Below, one piece after another: positions 37,204 through 49,100 of a DNA stretch of 60,000 nucleotides. Position numbers and translations under genes: made by a program. How positions within the stretch are numbered: position 1 is the first letter of the stretch; each line of letters opens with the position of its first letter. Under the pieces are notes generated by a model that ran no database searches, was not told the DNA's origin, and saw only the letters and a program-made list of their open reading frames with translations. The DNA is from Malacoraja senta (taxonomy: Eukaryota). The DNA is taken from positions 13,704,001-13,764,000 of the forward strand of contig CM075990.1 of NCBI GenBank assembly GCA_038087875.1, read 5' to 3'.

Positions 37204-38459
37204 AGTGTAGACACAAGGAACTGTAGATGTTGGAATCTTGAGCAAAGCACAAAGTGCTGGAGTAACTCAGCTGTCAGACAGCATCTCTGGAGAGAACAAG
37301 ATACGAGACATTTATTGTCACACACACCAATTGGTCCAGTGAAATTTGTGGTCACCATACAGCCATACAAATAAAATAAAGAACACAGAACATGATAGTC
37401 TTTAACATAAACATCCCCACACAGCGGTATCAAAGTTTCCCACTGTGAGGGAAGGCACCAAAGTTCAGTCCTCCTCCTCTGTTGTCCCCTGTTGTGGCAA
37501 TGGAGAGGCAATGTTTCAGGACCCTTCTGTAGACTTGTATTGAGCAAATCACAAAATGTTGTGGTAACTCAACGGCCCAATAGAAGTGTATTTGAAATTT
37601 ATAGGAGTAATGTTCAATAGTCTGAAAATCCTTCTTGTCTGACTGTATTACATTGCTTTGCTGGGAAAACGTTATGCATTATATGATTGAACTGGTGCAA
37701 AACTCTTGAGCAGGTAGTGTAGGTGCAGCTTGAGCAGGTACAGGTACCTGTAAATAAATCACACACCCATATAAGCTAAATGGGGATGTGATTCAGCAGG
37801 CAACAATGGCACAGCCGTTGGAGGCAAGAACAACTTGGTCAGACAAACCAATAAAGCATTTATATTCTTCATAACCCTGATTGGCAAACAGTGCATTAAC
37901 TGTGGACGAAGTGACAACGAAGGAATATATACGGAGAAATGATCAAGAGGTCAGGGTGGGGGGAGGGACCTATTCCTTTACTCCAGAGATGTTGCCTGAC
38001 ACGCTGACTAACTCCAGCATTTTGTGTCTATCCACTTGGTGTTATAATGGGAATGTGTTTGTTGACCTCCCACCTATGATACTGGGATGGAATGGGATGG
38101 AAATGGAATGAAATACTTTATTGTCACAAGTGACAAGGCACAGTGAAATACTTTGCTTGCGTTCCTAATTTATACAAATAGTGGCCACCTACGGCTACTG
38201 AGCTGGTGTAGAGTGTAATTTGTTATTTTATCTGAAGGGGGTTACCAAGCAAACCTTGTCAAGGGTGAACGACGTCAGCAGAGATATAATGATTAACCTG
38301 AGCCAGCCTTGGTTGTTGTAAACTTATCAAACATCAACACTTTAAATCCCAGTGACGTCAAAGCCATTCACGGGCGGACAATAACTCTCAAAATAGAACC
38401 GAATTTGATTTGGGGCAAAGCATTTAATCTTCTATAAAATGAGTATTAGTTCTGTCAGA

Positions 38460-39000
38460 TTCCTTCTGCACAGTCAGAATCTCACTCCTAACACAGATTC
38501 CCCTCGGAACTGCTGTGATAAGAATGAGATGGTGACCCACAACTTTGCCAACTGTGTATTCACAACGATGGTCTGGAGAATGATAGATCATCCCAAGCAG
38601 CTTATTACAGAGGGCTCTGGTGTCTATGGGCTGATACCAGCAGTGTACACTAGGACACATGAAGTGATCCTGGAAGATCTTCAATTCATTAAAAGATGCT
38701 CTTTGGTCTGCCAAAAAAACTTGGTGGTCTTCCAGTAAGGAATACTGTAAGGAAATGCTGCCGATTGACATAGTCCAGGTTGGAAGAGTATGTGTTGAGG
38801 GATGCACTGTAGCCTGGGGCAGCCAATGCAAAGGAAGTAGACTACAATCTAAGATCCTTCTGCCACCAGAGATTGAAGTTGTTAAGTCTGGTACTGAAGC
38901 ACTTGTAGCATCCCAGGAGACCATGAGTGGCAATGGTGCTCTGCACACAAAATGTGCAGACCCCACCATAGTCTAGAACCAATAACACTATGAATTTGTG
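38460..39000 (+). mobile_element. Degraded Tx1/L1-clade LINE 3' end
   Basis: PRNCC..EMVTHNFANCVFTTMVW (zf-RVT-like), ITEGSGVYGLIP, KDALWS..NLVVFQ across frames. Confidence 0.6.
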
Positions 39001-40157
39001 GACTGAATGACATTACAAATGTACAGAACCATGTACTTTGGCCCAAATTGTCTATGTTGATTAAATTGAAATTCTGGGCTAGTCCCATTTGTCTGCATTA
39101 GCCTATAGGCCTGTATTGCCCTCCTATCCATTTGTCTGTTAAAATGTCTTTTGAAAGTTGTAATTTAATCTGCTTCTATAGCTTCCTCTGGCAGTTCATT
39201 CCAGCTATAGACAAGAGGCCATTCGGCCCATCGAGCCAGCGCCGCCATTCACTGTGATCATGGCGGATCATCCACAATCAGTACCCCATTCCTGCCTTCT
39301 TCCCATATCCTTTGACTCCAGCTATCTTTAAGAGCTCTATCTAATTCTCTCTTGAAAGCATCCAGAGAATCGGGCTCCACTGCCTTCTGAGGCAGAGAAT
39401 TCCACAGATTCGCAACTCTCTGGGTGAAAACGTTTTTCCTCATCTCTGTTCAAAATGGTGTATGGACTAAACTCTGACTGAAAAAAAATCATCCCCGAGT
39501 TCCCTCTTAAATCTCTCGCCTCTCGCCTTAAACCTGTGCCCTCTAGTATTAGAATCCTCTAGTTTTAATGAAAGACTGAGCACTCCTTTGTCGATGCCCC
39601 TCATGATGCTAGACACTTCAATTAGATCACCTCACAGCATCCTACATTCCAACTCAAGCCCGCAAGTCCAGTAATGTTCCTCTGAACCTCTTCTGCACTT
39701 GAATATATTTTTTATAACTTAAGTTTATTTTTGAAAGAAAATAATTCAGCCCCATGTCAAATGCAAAGGTACAACCTACTGGCTCTGAGGTGAAATATTC
39801 ATTAAGTTAAGCAGACAGACACGGGCAAAGGTGAATGGAATGTTAGCTGAGGCTGCGTTCAATTCATAAAGCAAATATATTCCCACCAGAGAAAGTGCAC
39901 ATTTCATGAACTACCTGCCTTTATGTAGGGACTTCCACTGGTAAGTTATCTCAAGGCTCTACAGAGATGGGTGGTAAAACAAAATTTTACATTCACGTAT
40001 GGAAATAACAAACCAGAACTTGGTCAAGGAAGTTGATTGTAAAGGCTCTTTTAAAGGAGGAGATATAGATATAGATTCGGCCCATCGAGCCAGCGCCACC
40101 ATTCACTGTGATCATGGCGGATCATCCACAATCAGTACCCCATTCCTGGGGTACTGA

Positions 40158-40551
40158 GATTGAGGAGATTGAGAGGGGATCTTATAGAAATGTACAAAAT
40201 TCTTATGGGGTTGGACAGGCTAGATGCAGGAAGATTGTTCCCGATGTTGGGGAAGTCCAGGACAAGGGGTCACAGCTTAAGGATAAGGGGGAAATCCTTT
40301 AAGACCGAGATGAGGAAAAACGTTTTCACACAGAGAGTGGTGAATCTCTGGAACTCTCTGCCAGTTCATTGGCTATATTTAAGAGGGAGTTAGATGTGGC
40401 CCTTGTGGCTAAAGGGATCAGAGGGTATGGAGAGAAGGCAGGTACGGGATACTGAGTTGGATGATCAGCCATGATCATATTGAATGGCGGTGCAGGCTCG
40501 AAGGGCCGAATGGCCTACTCCTGCACCTATTTTCTATGTATCTATGTATCT
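40158..40551 (+). mobile_element. CR1 LINE 3' fragment, same subfamily
   Basis: RRLRGDLIE..GLDRLDAGRLFPMLGKSRTRGHSL; same 3' UTR and tail. Confidence 0.9.
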
Positions 40552-40591
40552 ATAAAGCGGCCAAGATCCAGGTGGGATGCCCCCTAATATT

Positions 40592-40756
40592 CTTCCTCGT
40601 GTCCGGCCATCTTCTATATCACGTCATTCCGGTCGGTCAGTGACGGTTGATGGTCGGTGGTTGCAGAATTGGCTACTTCAGTCAGTCACTGTGGTACAGT
40701 TTCTGTCGTCAGCATTGCCCGGGATGCGCCACGTGGAGGCTTCTGCTTGCATCCTT
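40592..40756 (-). mobile_element. Short non-autonomous retroelement with HDV-like ribozyme head and purine (GAA-like) tail
   Basis: Perfect 10-bp TSD CCCTAATATT (40582-40591, 40757-40766); minus-strand 3' end ...GGCCGGACACGAGGAAG; no coding capacity. Confidence 0.8.
40663..40755 (-). ncRNA. Predicted HDV-like ribozyme (genomic-HDV-type junctions)
   Basis: Minus strand: P1 AGGAUGC, AA, P2 GCAGAA, P3 GCC, L3 UCCACGU, GGC, P1' GCAUCCC, GG, GCAA, P4 UGCU...AGUA, G-C-C-A-A, P2' UUCUGC. Confidence 0.82.
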
Positions 40757-40847
40757 CCCTAATATTAAATAGGTTTTATTCGTGATGTTTCTGATTTATG
40801 AATATATCGTGTTATGACATCCTCTTTTCTTGTTTGGTCTGTTGTAG

Positions 40848-41129
40848 GCAACATGGGAGGACCGGAATTATATAAGATCATGCTGCATGTCTTTGCTGTC
40901 CACGAACCACATCAGGAGAAGGAGTGCAAGGCACAGATCATAATTATTGTAGTGAATAAGATCTTACCAGCCTGTGCCAACACCACAGTGGAAGACCTTT
41001 GCTTTGGAGAAGTAGATTCCAAGGTTCAAATTATTGAGAACCATGATCCTGGAACTTTCTTTCAAATGAATTCTCTGCCAAACCAGTACCACTGCCAATT
41101 TGCCAACATCTCCTATCACCTCGGAGCAG
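40848..41129 (+). CDS. RET: RET exon 3 (CLD1/CLD2)
   Basis: gttgtAG acceptor; GNMGGPELYKIMLHVF...PACANTTVEDLCF...IIENHDPGTFFQM...YHCQFANISYHLGA; donor AG|GTAAC; 282 nt, phase 1-1. Confidence 0.92.
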
Positions 41130-42614
41130 GTAACACTGGTGTTTTCAAGGATGGATTCAGGTGGAGCACAGGGAGGTGGAGCTGTATGGTGTATCTTTGT
41201 GCTGCTTCTGGGTGAATCAAAGTGCCCGTCTATATAATGCCCTGTGCTAAAAATAATGAAAGGAATTGATAGAGGACGCAGATAGAAACATCTGCTGCTG
41301 GCAGTGGGGAATTCTGGGAACATAGCACAAACTATTAAAGTCAGATTCACAGCAGGTGCCAACTATATCAGTCTGAGATCAATTGGTTCTTGATAAGAAG
41401 ACACTTAGTCAAAGCTGATGAACGAGTTAATGACAACCAAACCTGATATAATTGAATGGTAGGAGTCAAATTAAGTCGGGTTGATTTTATTGTCATAAGT
41501 TCGGTGAGGTACAGATGCAATGAAAATCTTGCTTACAGCAGCATCATGACCTATTACAGAGTAGGATAACACACTGACAATATAAATTTTGCACAACGTA
41601 CATTCTGCAAGACTGAGAAAAAAGTGCGCCCCCAAAAAAGACATTAGTGGAAAAACAAATGGAAAATAAGTCCATGGACCTGTTCGTCACGTGGCTCTGT
41701 TGCTGCCAATTACAGAGGGGCCAGCCGAGAGTGATGTGACTTCCAGAGTGTGTGGAAGGCAATTCTGCCTTGTGTCACATTGCTACATGGGTGGCATATT
41801 GATTTAGCTGGTAGAACTGCTGCCTCACAGCTCCAGAGATCAATCCTGACACCTGAAGCACTCAGTGTGGAGTTTGCATGCTCTCCTTGTGACTGTGTAG
41901 GTTTCCTCTGGGTGTTCCGGTTTCCATCCCTAAGATATGCATTAATTGGCCCCTCTAAGTTGTTTGTAGTATGTGGGTGAGTGGTAGAATCTGGGGAACG
42001 CTGAGACTGAGCTCCTGAATGGTCTGCACAAGGCTTTAATGTTTTGCCCCCCCAAGTCCTGTAATTTCCTCTCTGCCAGCGAAAATTATGTCCGTACATG
42101 TTCTTTGCCAGTTCCTTTCAATATTTTCAGCAATGTGGGAAATTGGGGTAAACATAGACGGATTTCTATTTCAATAATAGAAACATAATAATAAAAATAT
42201 TAGAATCAACATAAATGGGTGCATGAGTCAGCAGACAGTGGGCTGAATGGCCTGTTCATGTGCTAACTCATTGGCTAAAACATCAATGTAAGAGACCAAA
42301 CTCTGTAAGGTTACTGGTTAATTCTCAATTGGCAAGGTTGTCACTGATGACTCTTCCAAGGTACTGGTCACACTGAGTTTTAGGATGAAGTAGATTTTCA
42401 AGAATAACAGCAAAGTAAGCAAAGTCTTTTTCTGAACAAACTCTTCTCAGAAACAGTATGAAGGTGTAAAAGGGCTGTTATTGCATCTGCTGGACGACCA
42501 GGGAACACAATCAGCTGGCAGATTTATCCACTCTCCAGGTGACCAGGTCCAGAAACAAACTCCGCCTTTAGAGTGTCAGTCCTTTGTCTCCACGCTGATA
42601 TATTTCTTCAACAA

Positions 42615-42633
42615 TAGCACCACCTGGTGGTGA
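42615..42633 (-). promoter_or_regulatory. Candidate CTCF site in RET intron 3
   Basis: Minus strand TCACCACCAGGTGGTGCTA versus consensus TGGCCACCAGGGGGCGCTA; lies in unique sequence. Confidence 0.45.
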
Positions 42634-43907
42634 GTAGATTCTGAGATAAATCTAACGCAACCTCTCACATTGTGGAAATATCTTGAAACGCTTTAGAAGT
42701 TATATTTCTGAAGTATGGACTTTGAATGTTCTGTAGGCAAGCACAATCATTGACCTTTGTTCAAAAAGGTCCTATAGACACATCTTTTCTGTGCAACAGA
42801 AATGTACACATTGCCAACTGGTGACACCATTGTAAATTGCTAATATCATTATATCCTGGTGATATCACTGGCAACTTTAATGCCACTAGATACCGGAATT
42901 ATTGCTATCATTTGACAAAGTTGCTGTATGTTGGCGACGCTGACACAATTTGTAATGTTACTGTCACCTCTCTGTTGACTCAGTGGTTCTGAGTCAGAAG
43001 GTTGTAGATTCAAGACTCATTCCTTTCACCAACATTACTAAATTCACATGATCTGATTATTATACCATTTTTATTCATGGAAATTTGGTGTATGCGAATT
43101 GGTCTGTGTGCTTTTCATATTCTAGCATTTACTACACTTCAAAAGTACACAATTGTCTGTAAAGTGCTTTGAAATATCCAGAATAAGATACAAAATAATA
43201 CCAAATCAAAAAAAAGTGCTGGAGTAATCAGCCCGGGTCAGGCAGTATCTCTAGAGAACATGGCAAGGCAATGCTTCATGGTGAGAGCTTTCTTCACACC
43301 CATCTGTATAATCTGTTTGACCTTTGTTTTTCTTTCTGTATCCTGAACCATGAATCCTGGTCAAGGTCTCTAGACATTTAGCGCACGTTACATTACTGAT
43401 ATATAAGGAGATAGCAACTGGGCAGATTCATGAGATTGAATAACACCTTCACTTCAGAGAGCTGGGGAAAGCCTGCCACTGGCAATATGTTGCCTCCCTG
43501 TGAAAGGATCGAACCCATGGCTGTCAATGCAGTGGGATAATTATTGAAGCAGACAAATGAGACTTTGCTTTGGTGCCTTAAACAAGGTTGACAAGGCTAA
43601 TCCTTCAGATATATTAAGCACTGGACTTGATCGATTTGCTAAGTGGGGCTGATTTTACTGAGGTCACATTGGAAGCATCACAGGAACAGAAGGAGAACAT
43701 TCAGCCCCAAGAGCCCGCTTCATCATGTCATTAGATCTTGGCTGATTTGTATTGTAACTATGCATATGTGAGTTTCATAACCCCTAACATCACTGCTTGA
43801 CAAAAATCAAATTTGCTTATGTGTAATCCCCCTCTCACCACTGGCTGCAAGTACAAAGAATTTGTAGTGAACGGCACAAATGTTAGTTCAATGCTTTCAT
43901 TTTTCAG

Positions 43908-44149
43908 GTGCCTCAGTTCCATTCAGGATCAATGAGGAGACCTCTGAGGTCAGTGTGGTGAAGCCTCTTGACAGGGAGCAGAGGGAGACGTACGACATCA
44001 TTGTCAAATGTACGTTGCGGACACTCGCCCAGATCATCCAAGTTGTGAGATCGTTGCATGTAACCGTCCTTGACAAGGGAGATAACGCCCCGTACATCCT
44101 CGATGGCAATGACACAGCCGAGGCTTTCATTGAGTTCAACAGGAAGGAG
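43908..44149 (+). CDS. RET: RET exon 4 (CLD2/CLD3 junction)
   Basis: ttttcAG acceptor; PFRINEETSEVSVVKPLDREQRETYDIIVKC...VLDKGDNAP...EFNRKE with cadherin LDRE motif; donor GAG|GTAGGA; 242 nt, phase 1-0. Confidence 0.96.
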
Positions 44150-45934
44150 GTAGGACTTCCAACAAGATTTGGCTGAGTAATTCTGTTTAACCTGTTGCAA
44201 AAAAGCGGAGTGCTGGAGGAACTCAGCAGGTCAGGCAGCATCTATGGAGGGAATGGATAGGCGATGTTTCTGGGTGGGATCCTTGGTCAACATTCAGAAT
44301 GTCGTCTGTCCATTCCCTCCGCAGATGTTGCTTGAGGCGCTGAGTTCCTCCAGCACATTTGTTTTTTTTTCAAGATTCCAGCATCTGCAATTTCTTGTCT
44401 CCAGATTAATGTCAGCTTCTGCTTCTGTTTTTTTTTATGTGGCAGTAGTGGAAGTAACCAATTTTAAATTTCCGGGTTGTCCCACAAAGGTGAATTCTCA
44501 ATACCCGCTCCACAAAATATCTGCTTGACTTCTTTAAATCATTCTGCATCGCTATTTCTTCAATATTAATATCACGCATTCATCCACTCTCTCTGCAGTT
44601 ACATTTAAACTGTGTGTGCAAATTTCCTGCTGAAAGTTTCAGTCCATCTAGAAACACAGCAACATGTATTAAGAGATTACAACCCCTTAACCATCCTCAG
44701 GACTTAATACTTTTTGAGCGGTTCAGTAACAGAGTCTTATTGGACTTTTTACTCCCTGCAAAATCACTGGATTTCCCTGTTTGAATTGCATCTGCTCCTT
44801 GCCTGCCAAGTTCTGAGGATGTTCAAATGGGCAGTCTAGGTCAGCTTTAGAATCCATGGAACTCCAATGACGTTGTGCTTACCAGCAGGCTAATGATTGT
44901 GCAGCAGATGCCTGGATCGAGATCATTTATAGGAAAACTAAGAAAATCCCAAAGGAGATCCAAATGCCCTTCCAACTGGTGATCCACATGCGTTTCAGTT
45001 TTGTGAGTTTTGTTAGACAACGGAAGTGGTATCATTCTCCCAGGTCAATGCCAACCACTGATGACCAATTAAATGTCCACTGTGAAACATTTTGCGCTGT
45101 CTCTACTTTCAGTGCCAGCATAGAGAGAGATGCAGCCTGCCCAGAATAACAGGAATGTGGCTAGGGTATTGAACCAGCAGCCAGATTTCAATCCAATTGC
45201 TCTGAAGATTTGAGTTGGAATCTCATGGTATCTAGAGAATTTAAATTCAAGAAATTAAGAACATTTTTTTTAAAAAGCTGTTCTCAGTGTTCATAACTGA
45301 AGTCTACCCATTGTTACAAACATTCATTTGACTCACTCGTGTGCTTCCTGACTGTTTACAAGTAATAGGAGTTGAAGAAGGCTAATCGGCCCATCAAGTC
45401 TACTCCGCCATTCAATCATAGCTGATCTCTGCCTCCTCATCCCATTTTCCTGCCTTCTCCCCATAACCCTTGACACCCGTTCTAATCAAGAATCCGTCTA
45501 TCTCTGCCTTAACTATCTCTGACTTGTCTCGGTGTGACTCCTGACCCATGAATGTGGTTGACTCTAAACTGTCTCCTCCATGTAGGGGCAGGTAGGGGAT
45601 GACAATAAAAGCCAGCATTGCCAGCCACATCCACATATCAGGAATGAATCATAAACAGATGATAGCTAAAGGAACTATATTCACTGCATTAACATTTTGA
45701 ATTCTTTATCCATTCACCATAGAAAACATTTAGGTTTATGATAATTTTATTGTCGTGTACCAAGGTACAGTGAAAAACCTATTTGCATACGACGCAATAA
45801 AATCAGATAATACTATACATAAAGACAAGCAGGCTGAACTCAAGTACAACAGATAGGGTGGCACAGTGGCGCAACGGGAGAGCTACTGCCTTACAGTGCC
45901 AGGGACCCAGGTTCGATCCTGATCCTGTGTGCTC

Positions 45935-46146
45935 TCTCACGATTCTGTATCTTCTGCCGGATGGGAGCAGGGAAAGGAAGGAATAACCAGGGTGGGACAA
46001 GTCTTTGATTGTGTTGGCTGCTTTTCCAAGACAGTGCAAATGGTAGATAGAGCACTGGCCTACATCCATAACTCTGAGGAATATCTTGCAGTCTTGGGCT
46101 GAGCTGTTCCCACACCAAGCTGCGATGCAATCTGACAGTAAGTTCT
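45935..46146 (-). mobile_element. Rex1/Babar-type LINE fragment split by the HERO-like insertion (continues 49691-49830)
   Basis: CIAAWCGNSSAQD...KDLSHPGYSFLSLLPSGRRYR in ORF 45803-46228. Confidence 0.75.
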
Positions 46147-49100
46147 TGAAGATCCACCAAGGGAAGAAAAAGTGCTTGAGAGAGCAGAAACATGGGCCTC
46201 GCATTGACCAGTACTTCTTACGAAGCAACCAGTCAAATCAGTCGAGTGAAGCACAGCGACGGGACACAAACCAAAGTTCGCAGAGCATCAGCACCCATGT
46301 CACTGAAGAGGGTGATACAAGCACAGAAATGCCGGTGGAGGAGCCCACGCAACAACTACAAAGACCTCCATTGGAGGGAAAGATCAAAGGGCACAAACCT
46401 GGAGTGAAATGGCCCAAGGCTGTTGAAAAGAAAGAGTGGGAGACGGTCAACAGTGACCTTATACATATCTTGGAGCAACAAACGGGCACAGCAGTGGAAA
46501 AGCTTGAAAGGATGGGCAACACAATCTACAGCTATGGAGAAGAACGGTTTGGGGTGAGTAAAGGGAGAGGTGGAAAGAAATTACCAACACCAATCAAGTC
46601 CAGGAGGCAGCAGGAGATCGAGAGGCTAATCAGAGAGAGGAGACAGTTGAAAAAGCAATGGAAAAAAGCAACTGACGCAGAGAGAGAAGGTCTCATGCTA
46701 CTCCAAGAGGACATCAAGAACCGATTGGCAACCTTGCGAAAAGCAGAGAACTTGAGGAAACTTCGCAAGAAGAAAGAACACACAAGAACACGGTTCTATA
46801 AAGACCCTTTCAAGTTCATCAAAGACCTCTTCGCAACTTTGAAAACATCAAAACAGGAATTGGAGGAACACCTGGAAAAGGCCCACAAAGACACGAAAAG
46901 GCATGAGCAGTTGGTCATCCCACATGACATCCCGCCTATTCAACCACCTGAATTCAACATGGACACCAGCCCTCCGAGATGGAAAGAGGTGGAGAACACG
47001 GTCCGGCGAGCAAGAGCAGCTTCAGCTCCGGGGCCAAACGGAGTACCATACAAGCTCTATAAGAACGCACCAGATGTGTTACGCTTTCTATGGAAGCTCA
47101 TGAGGGTGGTGTGGAAGAAGCAAACAATACCTAAGGCTTGGCGAAGGGCCGGCGGCGTGCTAATACCTAAAGAAAAGGATTCGTCAGACATCAGCCAATT
47201 CCGGCCAATATGTCTCCTCAACGTCGAGGGAAAAATCTTTTTTAGCATTGTATCACAAAGGCTGTCCACCTATCTGGTAACAAACAAGTACATTGATACA
47301 TCTGTACAGAAAGCAGGAATTCCAGGATTTTCGGGTTGCTTGGAGCATACAAGCATGATCTGGCACCAGATCCAAGCAGCTAAGAAGGACAAGAGAGACC
47401 TACATGTGATCTTCCTCGATCTGGCCAATGCATTTGGTTCAGTTCCCCATGAACTCCTTTGGGAATCTTTTGCCTTTTTCCATGTACCAGAGCTCATCAC
47501 CACACTGGTCAAGAAATATTACCAAGACCTGCAGCTGTGCTTCACAACAGCTGACTTCAGTACAACATGGCAGCGCTTGGAAGTAGGCATCATGGCAGGC
47601 TGCACAGTCTCACCCTTGGCCTTTACAATGGCCATGGAAGTCATCATCAGGGCCTCAAAATGGGTGGTGGGCGGTGAACGAACCAGGGCTGGGCTCCGTC
47701 TGCCACCCATCAGGGCATACATGGACGACATGACAACACTAACCACTACTGCAGCATGCACCAAGCGGCTACTTGGAAAGCTGCAGGAGAACATCAAGTG
47801 GGCCCGAATGAAAATCAAACCAAGTAAATCTCGAAGCATCTCCATAGTCAAGGGGGTGCTTAGAGACACAAGGTTCTGTATTGGTGACGACCCAATACCA
47901 ACAGTGTCTGAGCAGCCAGTTAAAAGCCTGGGAAGATGGTATAACGCAAGTCTCAAGGACAAAGAGCAGGTGCAACAACTAAGGCAAGAAATTGTCAATG
48001 GACTGGAGAACATCAATCAGACCCTACTGCCTGGGAAACTGAAGCTCTGGTGCCTACAGTTTGGACTCCTTCCTCAGACAATGTGGCCACTGACCGTTTA
48101 TGAAGCCCCAATAACAACTGTGGAGAAGATGGAGCGAACCATAACTTCATACGTGAAGAAATGGCTCGGTGTCCCACGATGTCTAACTAACATCGGCCTC
48201 TATGGCAAAGGGGTCCTGGAACTACCTCTCACTAGTCTAACAGAGGAATATAAGTGTTCTAAAGTAAGACTCCAGATGACACTGAGGGACTCTAGAGACA
48301 AGATCATCAGTGCTGTTGCGCCGCCCCTAGCAACTGGCCGGAAGTGGACACCATCTGATGCAGTACAGCAAGCTTCATCAGCCCTGAGGCACAAAGACAT
48401 AGTGGGGCAAGTCCAGCAGGGAAGAGGAGGCTTTGGCCTTACGACAAGTAAACCAACTTGGCGAAAGGCCACAACATCAGAGCGGAGGACGTTGGTGGTT
48501 GAGGAGGTGCGGCGACAGGAGGAGGCCGCAAGAAGTGCAAAGGCGGTCTCTCTTGCCAAGCAGGGGCAATGGATGCATTGGGAAGGTGTGGAGCGGAGGA
48601 AGGTCAGCTGGAAAGAACTATGGGAAATGGAAGCAAGCAAGATCAGCTTCATCATCAGAGCGACATATGACGTGCTTCCATCACCAAAGAACCTCCATCA
48701 GTGGTACGGCGAGGATCCAACCTGTGCCATCTGCCCAACTCCAGCGACCCTCAAACACATCATGGTAGGCTGCAAGACCAGCCTCACGCAAGGGAGATAC
48801 ACGTGGCGGCATAATTAGGTACTAAAAAGCCTGGCATCAGCCCTTGAGAACAGGCGGTGTGCGACCAACTCCTTGCCTCCGAGAGCAAGCAACCCTCCCC
48901 TAAGGGTAATAACCTTTGTCCGAGAAGGACAGAAAACTTCTAAACTTCCTTCCACCAGATCAGAAGAAGGAAGCCAATGCAGGGCCCGTGACTGGAGGAT
49001 GCTGGCGGACATCGGCCGACAACTAATTTTTCCACCTGAAATTGCTTCCACCACCCTCAGGCCAGACTTGGTGTTCTGGTCCCCTTCACAGAAGACTGCT

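Noticed and set aside
38424..38969. 181-aa minus-strand ORF
   Set aside because: Antisense shadow of a degraded Tx1-like LINE on the plus strand; no recognisable domain.
46238..48655. Several 65-165 aa ORFs overlapping the HERO-like LINE
   Set aside because: Alternative-frame or antisense shadows of the RT ORF.
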